DNA of 64,000 nt from Octopus vulgaris (taxonomy: Eukaryota). The notes under the pieces are model-generated. The model saw nothing but the letters and a program-made list of their open reading frames with translations, ran no database searches and was not told where the DNA came from. Numbering within the stretch: the first letter of the stretch is position 1; every line of letters begins with the position of its first letter. Shown here one piece after another: positions 13,258 to 25,077 of this stretch. A program made the translations under genes and the position numbers. The stretch is from NCBI GenBank assembly GCA_951406725.2, contig OX597815.1, positions 181,536,001 to 181,600,000 of the forward strand. Reading direction: 5' to 3'.

Positions 13258-13470
13258 AGGCGGCGCGCTGGCAGAATCGTTAGCACGCCAGGTAAAATGC
13301 TTAGCGGCATTTTGTCCGTTTTCACATTTTGGGTTCAAATTCCACAGAGGTCGAATTTGCCTTTCATCCCTTCGTGGGGTCAATAAAATAAGTTCCAGTT
13401 GAGCACTGGGATCGGTCTAATCGACTTATCATTCCCTGAAATTGCTGGACTTATACCAAAACTTGAAATC
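13258..13470 (+). mobile_element. SINE family A head/core with older tail type C
   Basis: Same head/core; tail ccctgaaattgctggacttataccaaaacttgaaatc. Similar decayed copies at about 20495-20672, 28419-28625 and 9415-9560(-). Confidence 0.8.
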
Positions 13471-13737
13471 ATTCATATTGAATTATTGAAAAATAAAGCG
13501 AAAAGAATTCCCCTGCTGGATTTGCACCCCGAACTAAATAACCATATCTAAATAGCACCTTGCATTTACTTAGACGCACGCTCTAATGATTATCCCAGTC
13601 CAGTGTCACTGCAATAAATCAGTGGACAATTATAATCGGGAAGGTATTGTATGTTTTGTAGTATTTAGTTCCATTCCTTTTTTATTCAGGTTACTGCCTG
13701 GAATCGAACTCAGAGTTCGATTCCAGGCAGTGACCTG

Positions 13738-13785
<48 letters not shown>

Positions 13786-13789
13786 TCAT

Positions 13790-14040
13790 TTCTAACAATT
13801 CCTATCATAGTAGGTGCATTAAAAAATATTCAGACAAATACATAACAAAAACACCAGGACTTACAAACACATATAACATACAGAAAATTGCACTACTAGG
13901 CACTGCACACATCCTACGCGGAACACTTTCAATACAGTAACCATCAGAGCATCACCACAAATCATAGCACATACCCAAGGCACACAGTACAGCGCTCGGT
14001 AGTGAAGGGAAAGCACGTTATAAAAATAAAACAACTCAAT
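13790..14040 (+). mobile_element. 3' end of an R4/Dong-like RLE non-LTR retrotransposon in (TAA)n
   Basis: Translates TIPIIVGAL/(frameshift)KYSDKYITKTPGLTNTYNIQKIALLGTAHILRGTLSIQ*, the characteristic post-endonuclease C-terminus (PIVIGALG...QK.ALLGTA.ILR). Flanked by (AAT)n on both sides. Confidence 0.8.
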
Positions 14041-14041
14041 G

Positions 14042-14136
<95 letters not shown>

Positions 14137-14137
<1 letters not shown>

Positions 14138-14692
14138 TGCCCTGATGCAGTACCAAGCAGTGGCTCTCATGGCTTCTGATCTTAACTGATTGGAAGTGTT
14201 ATCATGTACATTGTTATGTCTTGGTATAAAAGATGGGCTACAGTAAATATTCTGCTCAACACCACAGATTTGCTTGTCAGTTGTTTGACCTTAACCAGTT
14301 GAGCATGTCCCTTAGTGGCTGACGATATGTGCATCTCTGATCACGAGCAGAAGTAGTGGGGGAGCATCATAGCCATGTGTTGAGAAGGATTCTTTGGGGT
14401 TTGAATAATTCACCTCTGGAAACATGGGTGTTTCGTTCAACGTCCTTAAACAACCCTTATTCAGGGACCTTTTGAGCGGGATGGGTTACTCGATCTGAAG
14501 AAAATTCTAACTGGGCTCCACCTGCAAGGTCATGTGCTGTTTATCTTGATATGAGATCACCATGTCGCACACATATGGTTGTGATGCATGTGCCTGGTGT
14601 ACCCTTATCAGACGGGTAGTCATGATGGGTATACTGGGCTTCGTATATTTTACCCCAGTGTCACTTTGATGGCATGCTCTGCTCGCTCACTC
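14137..14692. mobile_element. 556-bp non-coding element in (AAT)n, copy 1
   Basis: About 96% identical by eye (about 21 substitutions, no indels) to 14764-15319; bounded by (AAT)n. Confidence 0.8.
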
Positions 14693-14756
<64 letters not shown>

Positions 14757-14763
14757 TGAATAA

Positions 14764-15319
14764 ATGCCCTGATGCAGTACCAGGCAGTGGCTCTCATGGC
14801 TTCTGATCTTAACTGATTGGAAGTGTTATCATGTACATTGTTTTGTCTTGGTATAAAAGATGGGCTGCAGCAAATATTCTGCTCAATACCACAGATTTGC
14901 TTGTCAGTTGTTTGACCATAACCAGTTGAGCATGTCCCTTAGTAGCTGACGATATGTGCAGCTCTGATCACGAGCAGAAGTAGTGGGGGAGCATCATAGC
15001 CATGTGTTGAGAGGGATTCTTTGGGGTTTGAATAATTCACCTCTGGAAACATGGGTGTTTCGTTCAACATCCTAAAGCAATCCTTATTCAGGGACCTTTT
15101 GAGCGGGATGGGCTACTCAACCTGAAGAAAATTCTAACTGGGCCCCACCTGCAAGGTCATGTGCTGTTTATCTTGATATGAGATCACCATGTCGCGCACA
15201 TATAGTTGTGATGCATATGCCTGGTGTACCCTTATCAGACGGGTAGTCATGATGGGTATATTGGGCTTCGTATATTTTACCCCAGTGTCACTTTGATGGC
15301 ATGCTCTGCTCGCTCACTC
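14764..15319. mobile_element. 556-bp non-coding element in (AAT)n, copy 2
   Basis: Same start (atgccctgatgcagtacc) and end (gctcgctcactc) as copy 1. Confidence 0.8.
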
Positions 15320-15379
<60 letters not shown>

Positions 15380-15563
15380 TTTCTTTTGTGATTTTGTCCC
15401 GAAGTAGGAATAATAATAATAATAATAATAATAATTATAATTATAATATCTGTGTCAACAATAATATCGATGACAATTTGGCGTAGTTTCTAATTTTGTG
15501 TATTTATCGATTTATTGTTATGTCAGATTTTATCAGCACCAGTGACTCATTCCTATTAAACTA

Positions 15564-15711
15564 TTCGAAAAATAGCTTAGGAATGGGAATCCAGAATTGG
15601 AATTTCCCCAAGACACCTGATGAAGGCTGGAGGGTATATCAGCCGAAACGCTGTGTTAACAAGAAACAAGATGAGGACAAATATCCGTCAAATGTAAATA
15701 ATGTAAATAAT
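15564..15711 (+). mobile_element. Hammerhead-containing tail module of the composite SINE-like element
   Basis: Homologous to 59714-59862. acac-CTGATGA-aggctg...cagcc-GAAAC-GCT-gtgt at 15613-15656, with the cleavage triplet mutated. Confidence 0.8.
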
Positions 15712-16250
15712 GAAAATACTTTGTGATACTCAGTTGTGTCTCTTTTTTCATATTGTGATTCCAGAGCTTCCAAGATTAAAACCTTGTCTTTCATCTTTCT
15801 GGTATCGACAAAAGAAGTACCAAGATGTGTACTTGATACAGTTTAGTCGACAGTATTCCTGTACTCAATTTTCTTTTGTGATTTTGCCCCGAAGTAGGAA
15901 TCATTTTTCTTTACAAAAACGTAACTTGTTATATTAATATGTTGAAATAATTCAGAAAATTTCATCATGGATAACACGAAGAGCAATAAAATTGACGCAG
16001 CATCCGCGAACAGAAGCAAAATAACAAAATTTGGCTTAATTCAGGTATCTAGAAAAACAAAATTTACTATAGAAGTATTTAAGTGACTTATTGCCAAATA
16101 TATCAACACTGACGAAAACATGAAAATATTTAGAGAAAACAGACCTTAGTTAATTGGCGTCAAATTTGATTAAGTTCCATAAACACAACAGAAATTAAAT
16201 ACATTAATTTGATAAAACATCAAAAAGAGAACACCATGTATGTATGTATG

Positions 16251-16284
<34 letters not shown>

Positions 16285-16407
16285 TGTATGTATGTATGTA
16301 TGTATGTATGTATGTATGTATGTATTCATGCATGTATGTATGTATGTATGCATGCATGCATGCATGTATGTATGTATGTATGTATGTATGTGTGTATGAA
16401 TGATGTA

Positions 16408-16498
16408 TTTGTGTGTCTGTGTTTGTACCCCCACCATCGTTTGACACCGATGTTGATGTGTTTACGTCCCCGTAACTTAGCGGTTCGGCAAAAGAGAC
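16408..16498 (+). mobile_element. Fragment of SINE family C
   Basis: tgtttacgtccccgtaacttagcggttcggcaaaagagac is the reverse complement of the body of 38352-38780. Confidence 0.8.
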
Positions 16499-16518
16499 TT
16501 ACACAACATACATATATG

Positions 16519-16559
<41 letters not shown>

Positions 16560-16752
16560 GTTAGGACGCCATGATAGATCGTTAGCTCCTACACGCATTT
16601 TTTTCTCTCCTTGTTTTTTTTCTGTATATCTTTCTGTCGAAGAGCGTAGGCTCGAAACGTTAAAGACTTTTTTCTATTCCTGAGCGCTATACTAATACAT
16701 TTGTTTGTTTGTAGTCCACCTGCCTTTTGTTCATTTTCGTACACTTTCCCTT
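16560..16752 (+). repeat. GAGCgtagGCTC hammerhead-family repeat between (TA)n tracts
   Basis: tcttt-CTGTCGA-agagcgtaggctc-GAAAC-GTT-aaaga at 16629-16666. Confidence 0.75.
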
Positions 16753-17289
16753 TATATATATATATATATATATGCAAATAAAATAATGCACTAACTTTCC
16801 ACGTCTTTCGATTGCGCACGCATAAGCTAATATAGAGCATCTACATTGAACACAAAATATGGCAAAAGACTAGTTTAGGAATTGAGATCTAATTGAAAGG
16901 GACAAATATCAGCCTCTTAAGTGTATTTTTGATTTTCGTACCTCAAATAAGCACTGTATAAAACGCTAATAAGGCTACATTTTTTTTAGATAAGAAACGA
17001 ACCGGGCAGGGTGAGTTGAGGAATATATTAAGAGTAATGAGCGTAAGGAACACGTGATGTATTAGATGCATTACAGAGTTCAAGATTTTTCTGAGTTCAT
17101 CGTCTGCTAAGATCAACATTGGTTTTCATTTCTTCAGTTTACATAAAATAGGAAACAAAGCATCAGTCTTTTCTTTCTGAAAAAGGAAACGAATTATATG
17201 AATTAGAAAAGTTTGAAGTTGATGGAAATTGCAGGAGACAGTGATCAAAGTTAAAAGCTATACTGTATCTGATCGAAGCCTAGATGATA

Positions 17290-17317
17290 TCTCTCTGTAT
17301 ATAAACGGCAAAATGTG

Positions 17318-17358
<41 letters not shown>

Positions 17359-17715
17359 GGGTGTGTGTGTGTGTGTGTGTGTGTGTGTCCTTTATACAAA
17401 TCCACAATTTTTCAGTTAGAGGGCTCTCGCACTTTCTATGGTCATTCAAAACCGTCCAAGGGTGGACGTGCACATCTTTACATTTCCCCAGTCACCCCGC
17501 AAAGCCATTAAAAAATCAATAGAAGAGACTTTTTTATGAATTTTCTATCCAAAACCCAATCAAAATGCCCGAAACTTGATACGCCAATTGAATGCCAGCT
17601 AGCTGTATGTGATTGGTTGGAGATTTGGGCAGTACTCGCGTGTATGTGCGCACGCACGCAGCTCTATATGCATGCACTAGCACTATGACCCGGTGTTGCT
17701 GGGTCATAGTGCTAG
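17290..17715 (+). mobile_element. Non-autonomous Helitron-like element
   Basis: Starts a|TC, carries an internal (GT)n, and ends with a GC-rich hairpin and CTAG|t; no TSD. Confidence 0.7.
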
Positions 17716-18962
17716 TCATATCTACAAATTTAATCATAATTCTAGTGTTTTCATCTTTTTTGAAGGCGATGGATAAACCAATACGAAAAATACGCTTGTT
17801 ACTTTTCTTTCAAATTTTTTTCTCAACTTCTGTGAAATTTTAAAATTTTCGAAAACATTATGGCAACAGTAAAGAGATAGAACGATTTGCGGAAATAGAT
17901 ATTTAGTAATTGGTCGGGATTCTGGAGAAAATCTATCTAGGATTGGCTGAGCTTTTCATTTTTCAAGAATACAGCAGTTGTAGACTTCACTAGATTCGAT
18001 TGATTCAACTAGCTCCCTGGGAAACTGACCTAATTTATAGTTAAACAAAATCAATACAAGAAGATGATTGATCCGTAAGGTAACTTTATATTACTAACCT
18101 TTTCACCCGACATGATCAGAAGAAAAAAAAAACACAGAAGATCTGAAAAGATCTGAAGAATATTACTGAATGGAAGAATGACTGCTGGAAATAGTATTTA
18201 AAGAAGTACCATTTTAAGAACTCACTGTTTGTCTTCCTAGTAAAATCAATGAATGTGGAGTGTTGATATTTTTTTGTGAAATGTAGATATATGTAAACAC
18301 ATTTTCTTCTCTTACTGGTTGTAGTTAGTGAACTGCAGCGACGGTGGAGCAATGCGTTCAAAGGTCTGATCGGTCATATAAATCATAGTATTATTTCAAT
18401 GGGGTATCTATTTTATCGATCTTTATTTACAGGTCATACAAAAGGTGACATCGATTGTTAAGACAATATGAATAATAACACAAACGTAAAGACACGTGTA
18501 CGTACGCATATGCACTCATGCGTGTACACACACTCGCGCTTGTGTGTGTGTGTGTGCGTGGTGGTAACAAGGTTTACGTATACTCAACAAACTACATCTT
18601 AACTCGTCTAAATGAAATTTTTTTTTTTTTTTCAGTGCTCAACAAATGATTAGGAACTTAAAAACAAGTTGATGAAAGTCAAATGTGAAATAATCCCGAA
18701 CAAAAAAAGACAACATGTGTATACTTACCTGATCCCTTATATATTCACTCTGTCATGTTTGTTTCCGCTATTTCTCATGCAGTTGGACAGTGTCTCTTGA
18801 ATTCTAACCATTCATAGCAGTCGGTCACAAGGGTTTTCATACAGAAGTGGTCAGGGAAGGATGTATATGTGAAATTAACTCTACCGAGATAGTTGAGTCC
18901 CATTACACAAACACACACACATGTATGTATTTATGTTCATATATATATATATATATATATAT

Positions 18963-19302
18963 AGAATTTACAAAAACAAAGACGAAGACGGGTCTGTGAA
19001 CAACAAACAGATGTATTAGTTTAACGCTCAAGAAGTGAGGAAGTATGTTACGTTTCGAGCCAACGCTCTTCGACAGAAAGGAACACGGAGAAAATGTGAG
19101 AAAGTCTTGTGTATCGTTGGCAATTTTCTCCCTCCGTCTTCCCCCCCCCCCCCCTTTGTACTTTCCTCTATTTCTGAAGAAGAGCTTGGCTCGAAACGTT
19201 AAATCCTCTTTCTTTCCTTTTATGAGCGTCTGATGATACATTACTTCTACCACGTCCTCGCGTTATTGTTTTTTCTTGTTTGTCCTTCTTTGTTTGGATT
19301 CC
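18963..19302. repeat. Inverted pair of hammerhead-family repeats
   Basis: Minus copy core at 19045-19080 (CTGTCGA...GAAAC-GTA). Plus copy attt-CTGAAGA-agagcttggctc-GAAAC-GTT-aaat at 19170-19204. Both point outward into TA-rich microsatellites. Confidence 0.75.
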
Positions 19303-19654
19303 CTATATATACATACATACATACATACATACATACATACATACATACATACATACATACATACATGTGCATGAAAAGACAACACAAAAACAAAACGCGG
19401 TAAGTGTTATTATTAGAGTCAAGCCCAAAGAGAAATAAATGAAAATATATTCACGTTTCAGGCATACGCCATCATCAAAGTGTAGAAGGAAAAATGAGAA
19501 GAGAAAAAACAAAAACGGAATTATGTTCCAGAAAGCGATTCCATGAACCTCAAAGCTATGCTTTGCTGAAAATAACTTGAATGCGAGAAGGAGAAAAGAA
19601 CTTCAAACTTAAGAGAGTAGGCAAGGAAAGAGAAGCCTAACGTAAATTGCGTAG

Positions 19655-19749
<95 letters not shown>

Positions 19750-21759
19750 ATATATATAAACACATACACATATATAGCTGCATATCTGTTTTGAACGTCA
19801 AGTGCGTGTGTAGGTGTTATTTTGGAGAGCGCATGTGCTTGTTTGTTTACGCGCATGAGTGTTGAGTTCCGACCTTTGCATGTGGTGTAAATGTGTGTGG
19901 AGCGCTGAGTGTAAGTACATACGCCCCCGTATAAAGCTGTGACAAAACTTGAGCATCGTTTTTCATTAAAGTGTACCTGTAAGTTTTCGTATGTAATTCT
20001 TTTACTGAAATTTTAGTTTTGTTGTGCATATTACATGTGTATGCGTGTGTGTATGATGTGTTTGAGGTGATTGGCGATGAGATTATGTGTCTATCTTCAC
20101 GGTGGTTTTTGTATGTGTAGGTGTTATTGTTGTGTGCATGTGTGCATGGCCAATGTCTAATGACTGAAAGAAGTAAGAGATACGCTCATCCAAAGGAACG
20201 TTAAATACGATTAATATGATTTAAATGTATCAATTTGTAATGGCGTTTACGTTTTGCGAAATTTAAGCTATCTTGGGACAAAATTGGAACGAACATACAT
20301 GCTAACCTATATAGATGTGTGTGTGTGTATTTTGTACATATATATATAATCTGTGTATACTCCGGATTTTATCATAAATAATCCGAAATTCTTTGTGTAA
20401 AAGGAGTGTGTAAAAATGTTGCTACCCTGTCGTAAAACCGTGTCTCTTGTAGTCGCGTCTAACCCGTGCCAGGTGAAGTAAAACAGGAACGACAAAAGAT
20501 GCTTAGCGGCATTTCATCCGTCTTTAAATTCTGAGTTCAAATTCCACCTATATCAGTTTTGTCTTTCATCGTTCCAGCGTTCATAAAATAAGTACCAGTT
20601 GAATACTGGGATTGATTTAATAGACTTAAGTCTTCCGCTAGGAAAGGCTGGCATTGTGCCAAAATTAGAGGTCAAATTTATTGACAAATATAATTGACGA
20701 AAATGGTATCCTGTATAATTAATACATCTTTATGAGATGGTAATGAGTCTTTGTAAACAGTGGACAAGAACTGCCGTAGTTTCCATTTCAAGTAATTCTC
20801 TTAAATTCTCTTAAATTTGTAGTGATTCGATCTGAAACATTGTGGAAATCTCATTTAAAAATCAACATTTGCCACCACACTAACTTTCGTTTTACTTTTT
20901 AATTATAATGTATTGAAATTGATACACTATCAAGAAATAGGTGGGTGATATCACGAAACCAATTTGTAAGATGTAGACAACATATGACCAACAAACAAAA
21001 CGAGAATAATCTTGTTTGTATGTTTGTTCTAGTCTAGAAGCCGTAGGTTGAAGGTGAATGGTCTACGTTGTGTTAGATTCTTTTAAAAATACTTTACAGT
21101 AACTTTTGTTTTACTTCTAACAGTATTGTATTAGATCTGTATGTCAATGGCCATGTCACAGATGTGCGACGATACGTTTTGACACTTTAACCATATTGTT
21201 AAGAAATAAAACAAAAGCGAATCTAGCGATGTGTGTTTATGTGTGTGTCGGTCTGTTTTTAAGTACCTAACACGAGTCATGTAGTTTGTTTCTCAAATTT
21301 GTTTAACGGGAAAATGAAATTAAACCTACAGCATAAACCAAAGATATAAAAATAAGAGACAATCTCCACATTTCAGAATTTAATTTGGTTTTGCGATACT
21401 ATGTACCATTCCTTGTCTTTCGCAGTAGCAGCATCCATACCGTTTCCTCGCAACCCTCTGACAGTAATCATCTTGTTGTGTCTTTTCTATTTAGCCACAC
21501 CTGTGTCTATCCAGTATCCTCCCACACACTGGCCAGAACTCTATGATTAATGACAATTTCCTCTTAAGTGCTGTGCAAAAGTTGACCATTTAGATTATTT
21601 TTCAATGAATAAATGAAATAAAATAGAAGAAAATAAATAAAAAAAAATAGAAAATCAATAAAATAGAATAAAATAAGTGAACACCAGTTGTACTACGTAA
21701 AGCATTACCTCACTAAACCCGCTACCAAACGGTACACATATTTCCATACTTTCGTTACT

Positions 21760-22105
21760 TAGGGTGGCGAGCTGGCAGAATCGTTAGCATGCCGGGCGAA
21801 ATGCTTAGCGGTATTTCGTCCGCCGCTGCGTTCTGAGTTCAAATTCCGCCGAGGTCGACTTTATCTTTCATCCTTTCGGGGTCGATTAAATAAGTACTAG
21901 TTACGCACTGGGGTCGATATAATCGACTTACTCCGTTTGTCTGTCCTTGTTTGTCCTCTCTGTGTTTAGCCCCTTGTGGGTAGTAAAGCCTTTCACCCTT
22001 TCGGGGTCGATAAATTAAGTACCAGTTACGCACTGGGGTCGATGTAATCGAATTATCCTCTCTCCGCAAATTTCAGGCCTTGTGCCTATAGTAGAAAGGA
22101 TTATT
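21760..22105 (+). mobile_element. SINE family A dimer (tail A unit followed by core + tail B)
   Basis: Full unit to ...gggtagtaaa, then restarts at gcctttcacc and ends aggccttgtgcctatagtagaaagga. Confidence 0.88.
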
Positions 22106-22939
22106 TTCTTTACTTCCATTATTTTATTGCTTCAGTCATTGGAGTAGGCCATGGTGGGACAACGCTTTTGAGGGTCTTGTAGATTACATCGACACCAGTA
22201 GTTCTTTTATTAAATCAGAAGAATGAAAAGTAAATTTCACACGGTCGGGATATGAACTCATACCATAAAATTACTAATTCAATTTCTATCGCGATAAACT
22301 TTACCTTTCACCATTTCAGTGTCGATACAGTATAGCTGAAGCACTTAATTCGACTAAATTCACAATGTATCTATGATAAAAATCATTTTATGTGCTCTAT
22401 ACGAAACTGGAAGTTCATCTAAATGATACAGCAATTTCTAGTTGTTCTTGGAATACGTCTTTCTTTCACTTTATTATAAAAACCTAAAATTTTATGAGCT
22501 CCGTTTATAGCTTTATTTTAACGATTAGCAATCGAAAAACATCACATTGTAAGTACGATATGTAAAAGAGATTTGTCGTAGTGCAAAGGCAATGCAAGTG
22601 TCCTCTTAGCATGCACTGTTTCACTTAACTGCACTCTTAAAACTATTTCATGTCTTTATAAAACAGCGGATTCTCTTTTGATTATTAGGTACAAACTGAA
22701 TGAACGATACGTCAAATAATAAATATACAGAAATTGCTTTAGAGAAATTATTTTAAGGAAACGTTCTGCATACAAAATCTAAACACAATTACAATCGGAG
22801 CTTGCGTATGCAATACAGTGTGTCTTAAGACATCGATCAATTGAAATTATTCAATGAGTTAGAAGAAGCCTACTACCGTGTGGTGTTTAAAATACAAACA
22901 ACAAACAGTGGTGATTATTCACAAATTATATATATATAT

Positions 22940-23400
22940 AATACAAAACGGGACAAGAACGCAAAACATCCGGACAACTAGGTGATACAAAAAGGGACAA
23001 CAAAACATCCAGATAGACGATACAAAAAAACATGGACGGGTCATTCGAAGCTTTCTATCCTCAGTCAAGAATCGGATCATCCTCGCAATTTCGGCTGATT
23101 AATCTTGAGATTGCTCCAATCTGACCAGCCCCAAGGAAAATCTAAGCTAAGAGCATTAGATTCCTTGGAAGAAAGCATCGAATGTATATGAAAACTAGGA
23201 TAGAAAAACAGACGATGTTACACGAATATAAATAGAAAATACAATAAAAATAAAAATAATAATAATAAAAGACATAACAACAGGTGTCTTTCGACTTGGG
23301 ACGAATTGAATTCAGCTGGCGCGTGTGGAAATGAAGCCTTACGGCAGAGATACAAAACTTTCACAAACAAAGGGAAGAATATCGATGTGGCAGTGACCAG
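22940..23400. repeat. Dispersed repeat starting at (TA)n (second copy 42672-42895)
   Basis: acaaaa.gggacaagaacgcaaaacatc...gatacaaaaagggacaacaaaacatccaga...ggacgggtcatt...cctcagtc...gagattgctccaatctg is shared. The right boundary is approximate. Confidence 0.75.
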
Positions 23401-23678
23401 TCAGACGCAAAAAGAGGGCTGGCAGTCTGGCCTATCGGTTACGTGAGAAGAGAAGAGAGAGAAAAAGAAAAGGAGGAACAAAAGAAGTAAGGAGGGGGAA
23501 GAGAAGAGAAGAGGGAGAGAGAGTTGTAGAAGCAGATGGACTCGCTCCTCCTTAATTCTTCAGTCCATCTGCTTTTACAAGGAAGCCTTTATCGTTATTA
23601 TCATAATAATCAAGGATAAACCCTATAGAGGATTTTATCAAGTAGCTTGCATGTAAAATCTTTTAGGTATAAATTTTA

Positions 23679-23990
23679 ACAGAGTATATCATTTTTTATG
23701 ATAATTATAGTAAGGGCAACTACAGGGTAGTGTCACATGCTAGAAGATGTCAAATGACTCCCAAACTACTTTATTTATCACACAAGATACGGCCTGAAAG
23801 CGTTGGAAATGAACGAAAAAGAATTTTCAAAAAGCTTAGCCATAGATCAATTGATTTCTAGTTTAGGAATATAACATCATATGTGATAAATAAAGTAATT
23901 TTAGAGTAATTTGATATCGTCTTCTAACATGTGACTGTACCATGTAGTTGACCTTATTATAATTATTATAAAATATTATATACTCTGTAA
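23679..23990. mobile_element. Old MITE/foldback element, about 105-bp imperfect arms
   Basis: acagagtatat...caactaca...gtcacatgctagaagat...actttatttatcaca pairs with tgtgataaataaagt...tcttctaacatgtgac...tgtagttg...atatactctgt. Confidence 0.75.
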
Positions 23991-24023
<33 letters not shown>

Positions 24024-24981
24024 TATATATATATATGTTTATAGGTGCATATAGGTGTCTGTGTGTTAGTGTGCATGTGCATGTATTTTTCTGAGATGTA
24101 TATGATATGTAACTACAAAGAAATGGTAAAGAGAGAAGGGAGGAGGAAATGAAGATGGTAAAGAGAGAGAAAGTGGAAGCGGAGTCAATTGAAAAGTTCT
24201 GCGAGCATATCTGTCAATATAGGTTAGAGAAGTGATTCCATAGTTGTTCTAGCCGAACTTTTTGCTCAGTTACCTCTGGTCTCGATCAACTGATTAATAT
24301 CGAAATACAATTGGATTCCATTAAACTCAGGTGGCAAGTCCAAATGTCAGCTCATTTTGCCAAACAAAATCAATGCCTGCTCAATATATTGCAACCAGTC
24401 GAAGCTTTCCATCTCGCACCGAAAATAGCATCAGAACCGAAGCAAAATCGAAAATAAAGAGAACGTCAAAACTATAGACGTAAACATCAATACGAATAAC
24501 AATAAAAACAACCACAATGATAGATTAATATTTCCAGCAATAATAAAACAGAAAGTTTCCAAAATACACAAAGCAAGAAACGTTAAAAGAGAAACTCCGA
24601 AATTATGTAAGGAAAAAAGAAAAATGTAAGAGAAATAAAATATTTCAGAGAGCTGTCACGTTTCCCATTTATATTGTCAATATGTCAAATTAATAAATTG
24701 TTTTAGACAAATCCGCTGCTTTTTTTTTTTTTTTTCTTTTAAATATTTTATCCTCTTCTTACTAAAATGCTAAATTAATTCGATTGTCACTGCTTCGAAA
24801 TTATAACAGAAAGAAAATAAATTCCCTTCAAACTACCTACGTATCTATATGCATACATAGATAAGAAGACTACATAATGACCCTAGCAAGTTACCCATCT
24901 GAAAACATATACAGATAATTCTATATTCCTACTTACCTACACGCAGATTTACGTACGTACATATATAGTACACATCTGCCT

Positions 24982-25077
<96 letters not shown>

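Noticed and set aside
13740-15450. Repeat-spacer-like alternation resembling a CRISPR array
   Set aside because: The repeats are variable-length (AAT)n and the spacers are retroelement pieces in eukaryotic DNA; there are no cas genes.
18721-18905. atacttacctg (U1 snRNA 5' end, or a perfect minus-strand splice donor CAG|GTAAGTAT) suggesting an exon
   Set aside because: The downstream sequence does not continue as U1, and the upstream minus-strand frames I read contain stops with no convincing acceptor. It cannot be supported without RNA-seq.
23030-23072. Minus-strand CTGAGGA...GAA...GTC in the 22940/42672 repeat family as a hammerhead
   Set aside because: No convincing helix II, GAAA is incomplete, and helix I does not pair.
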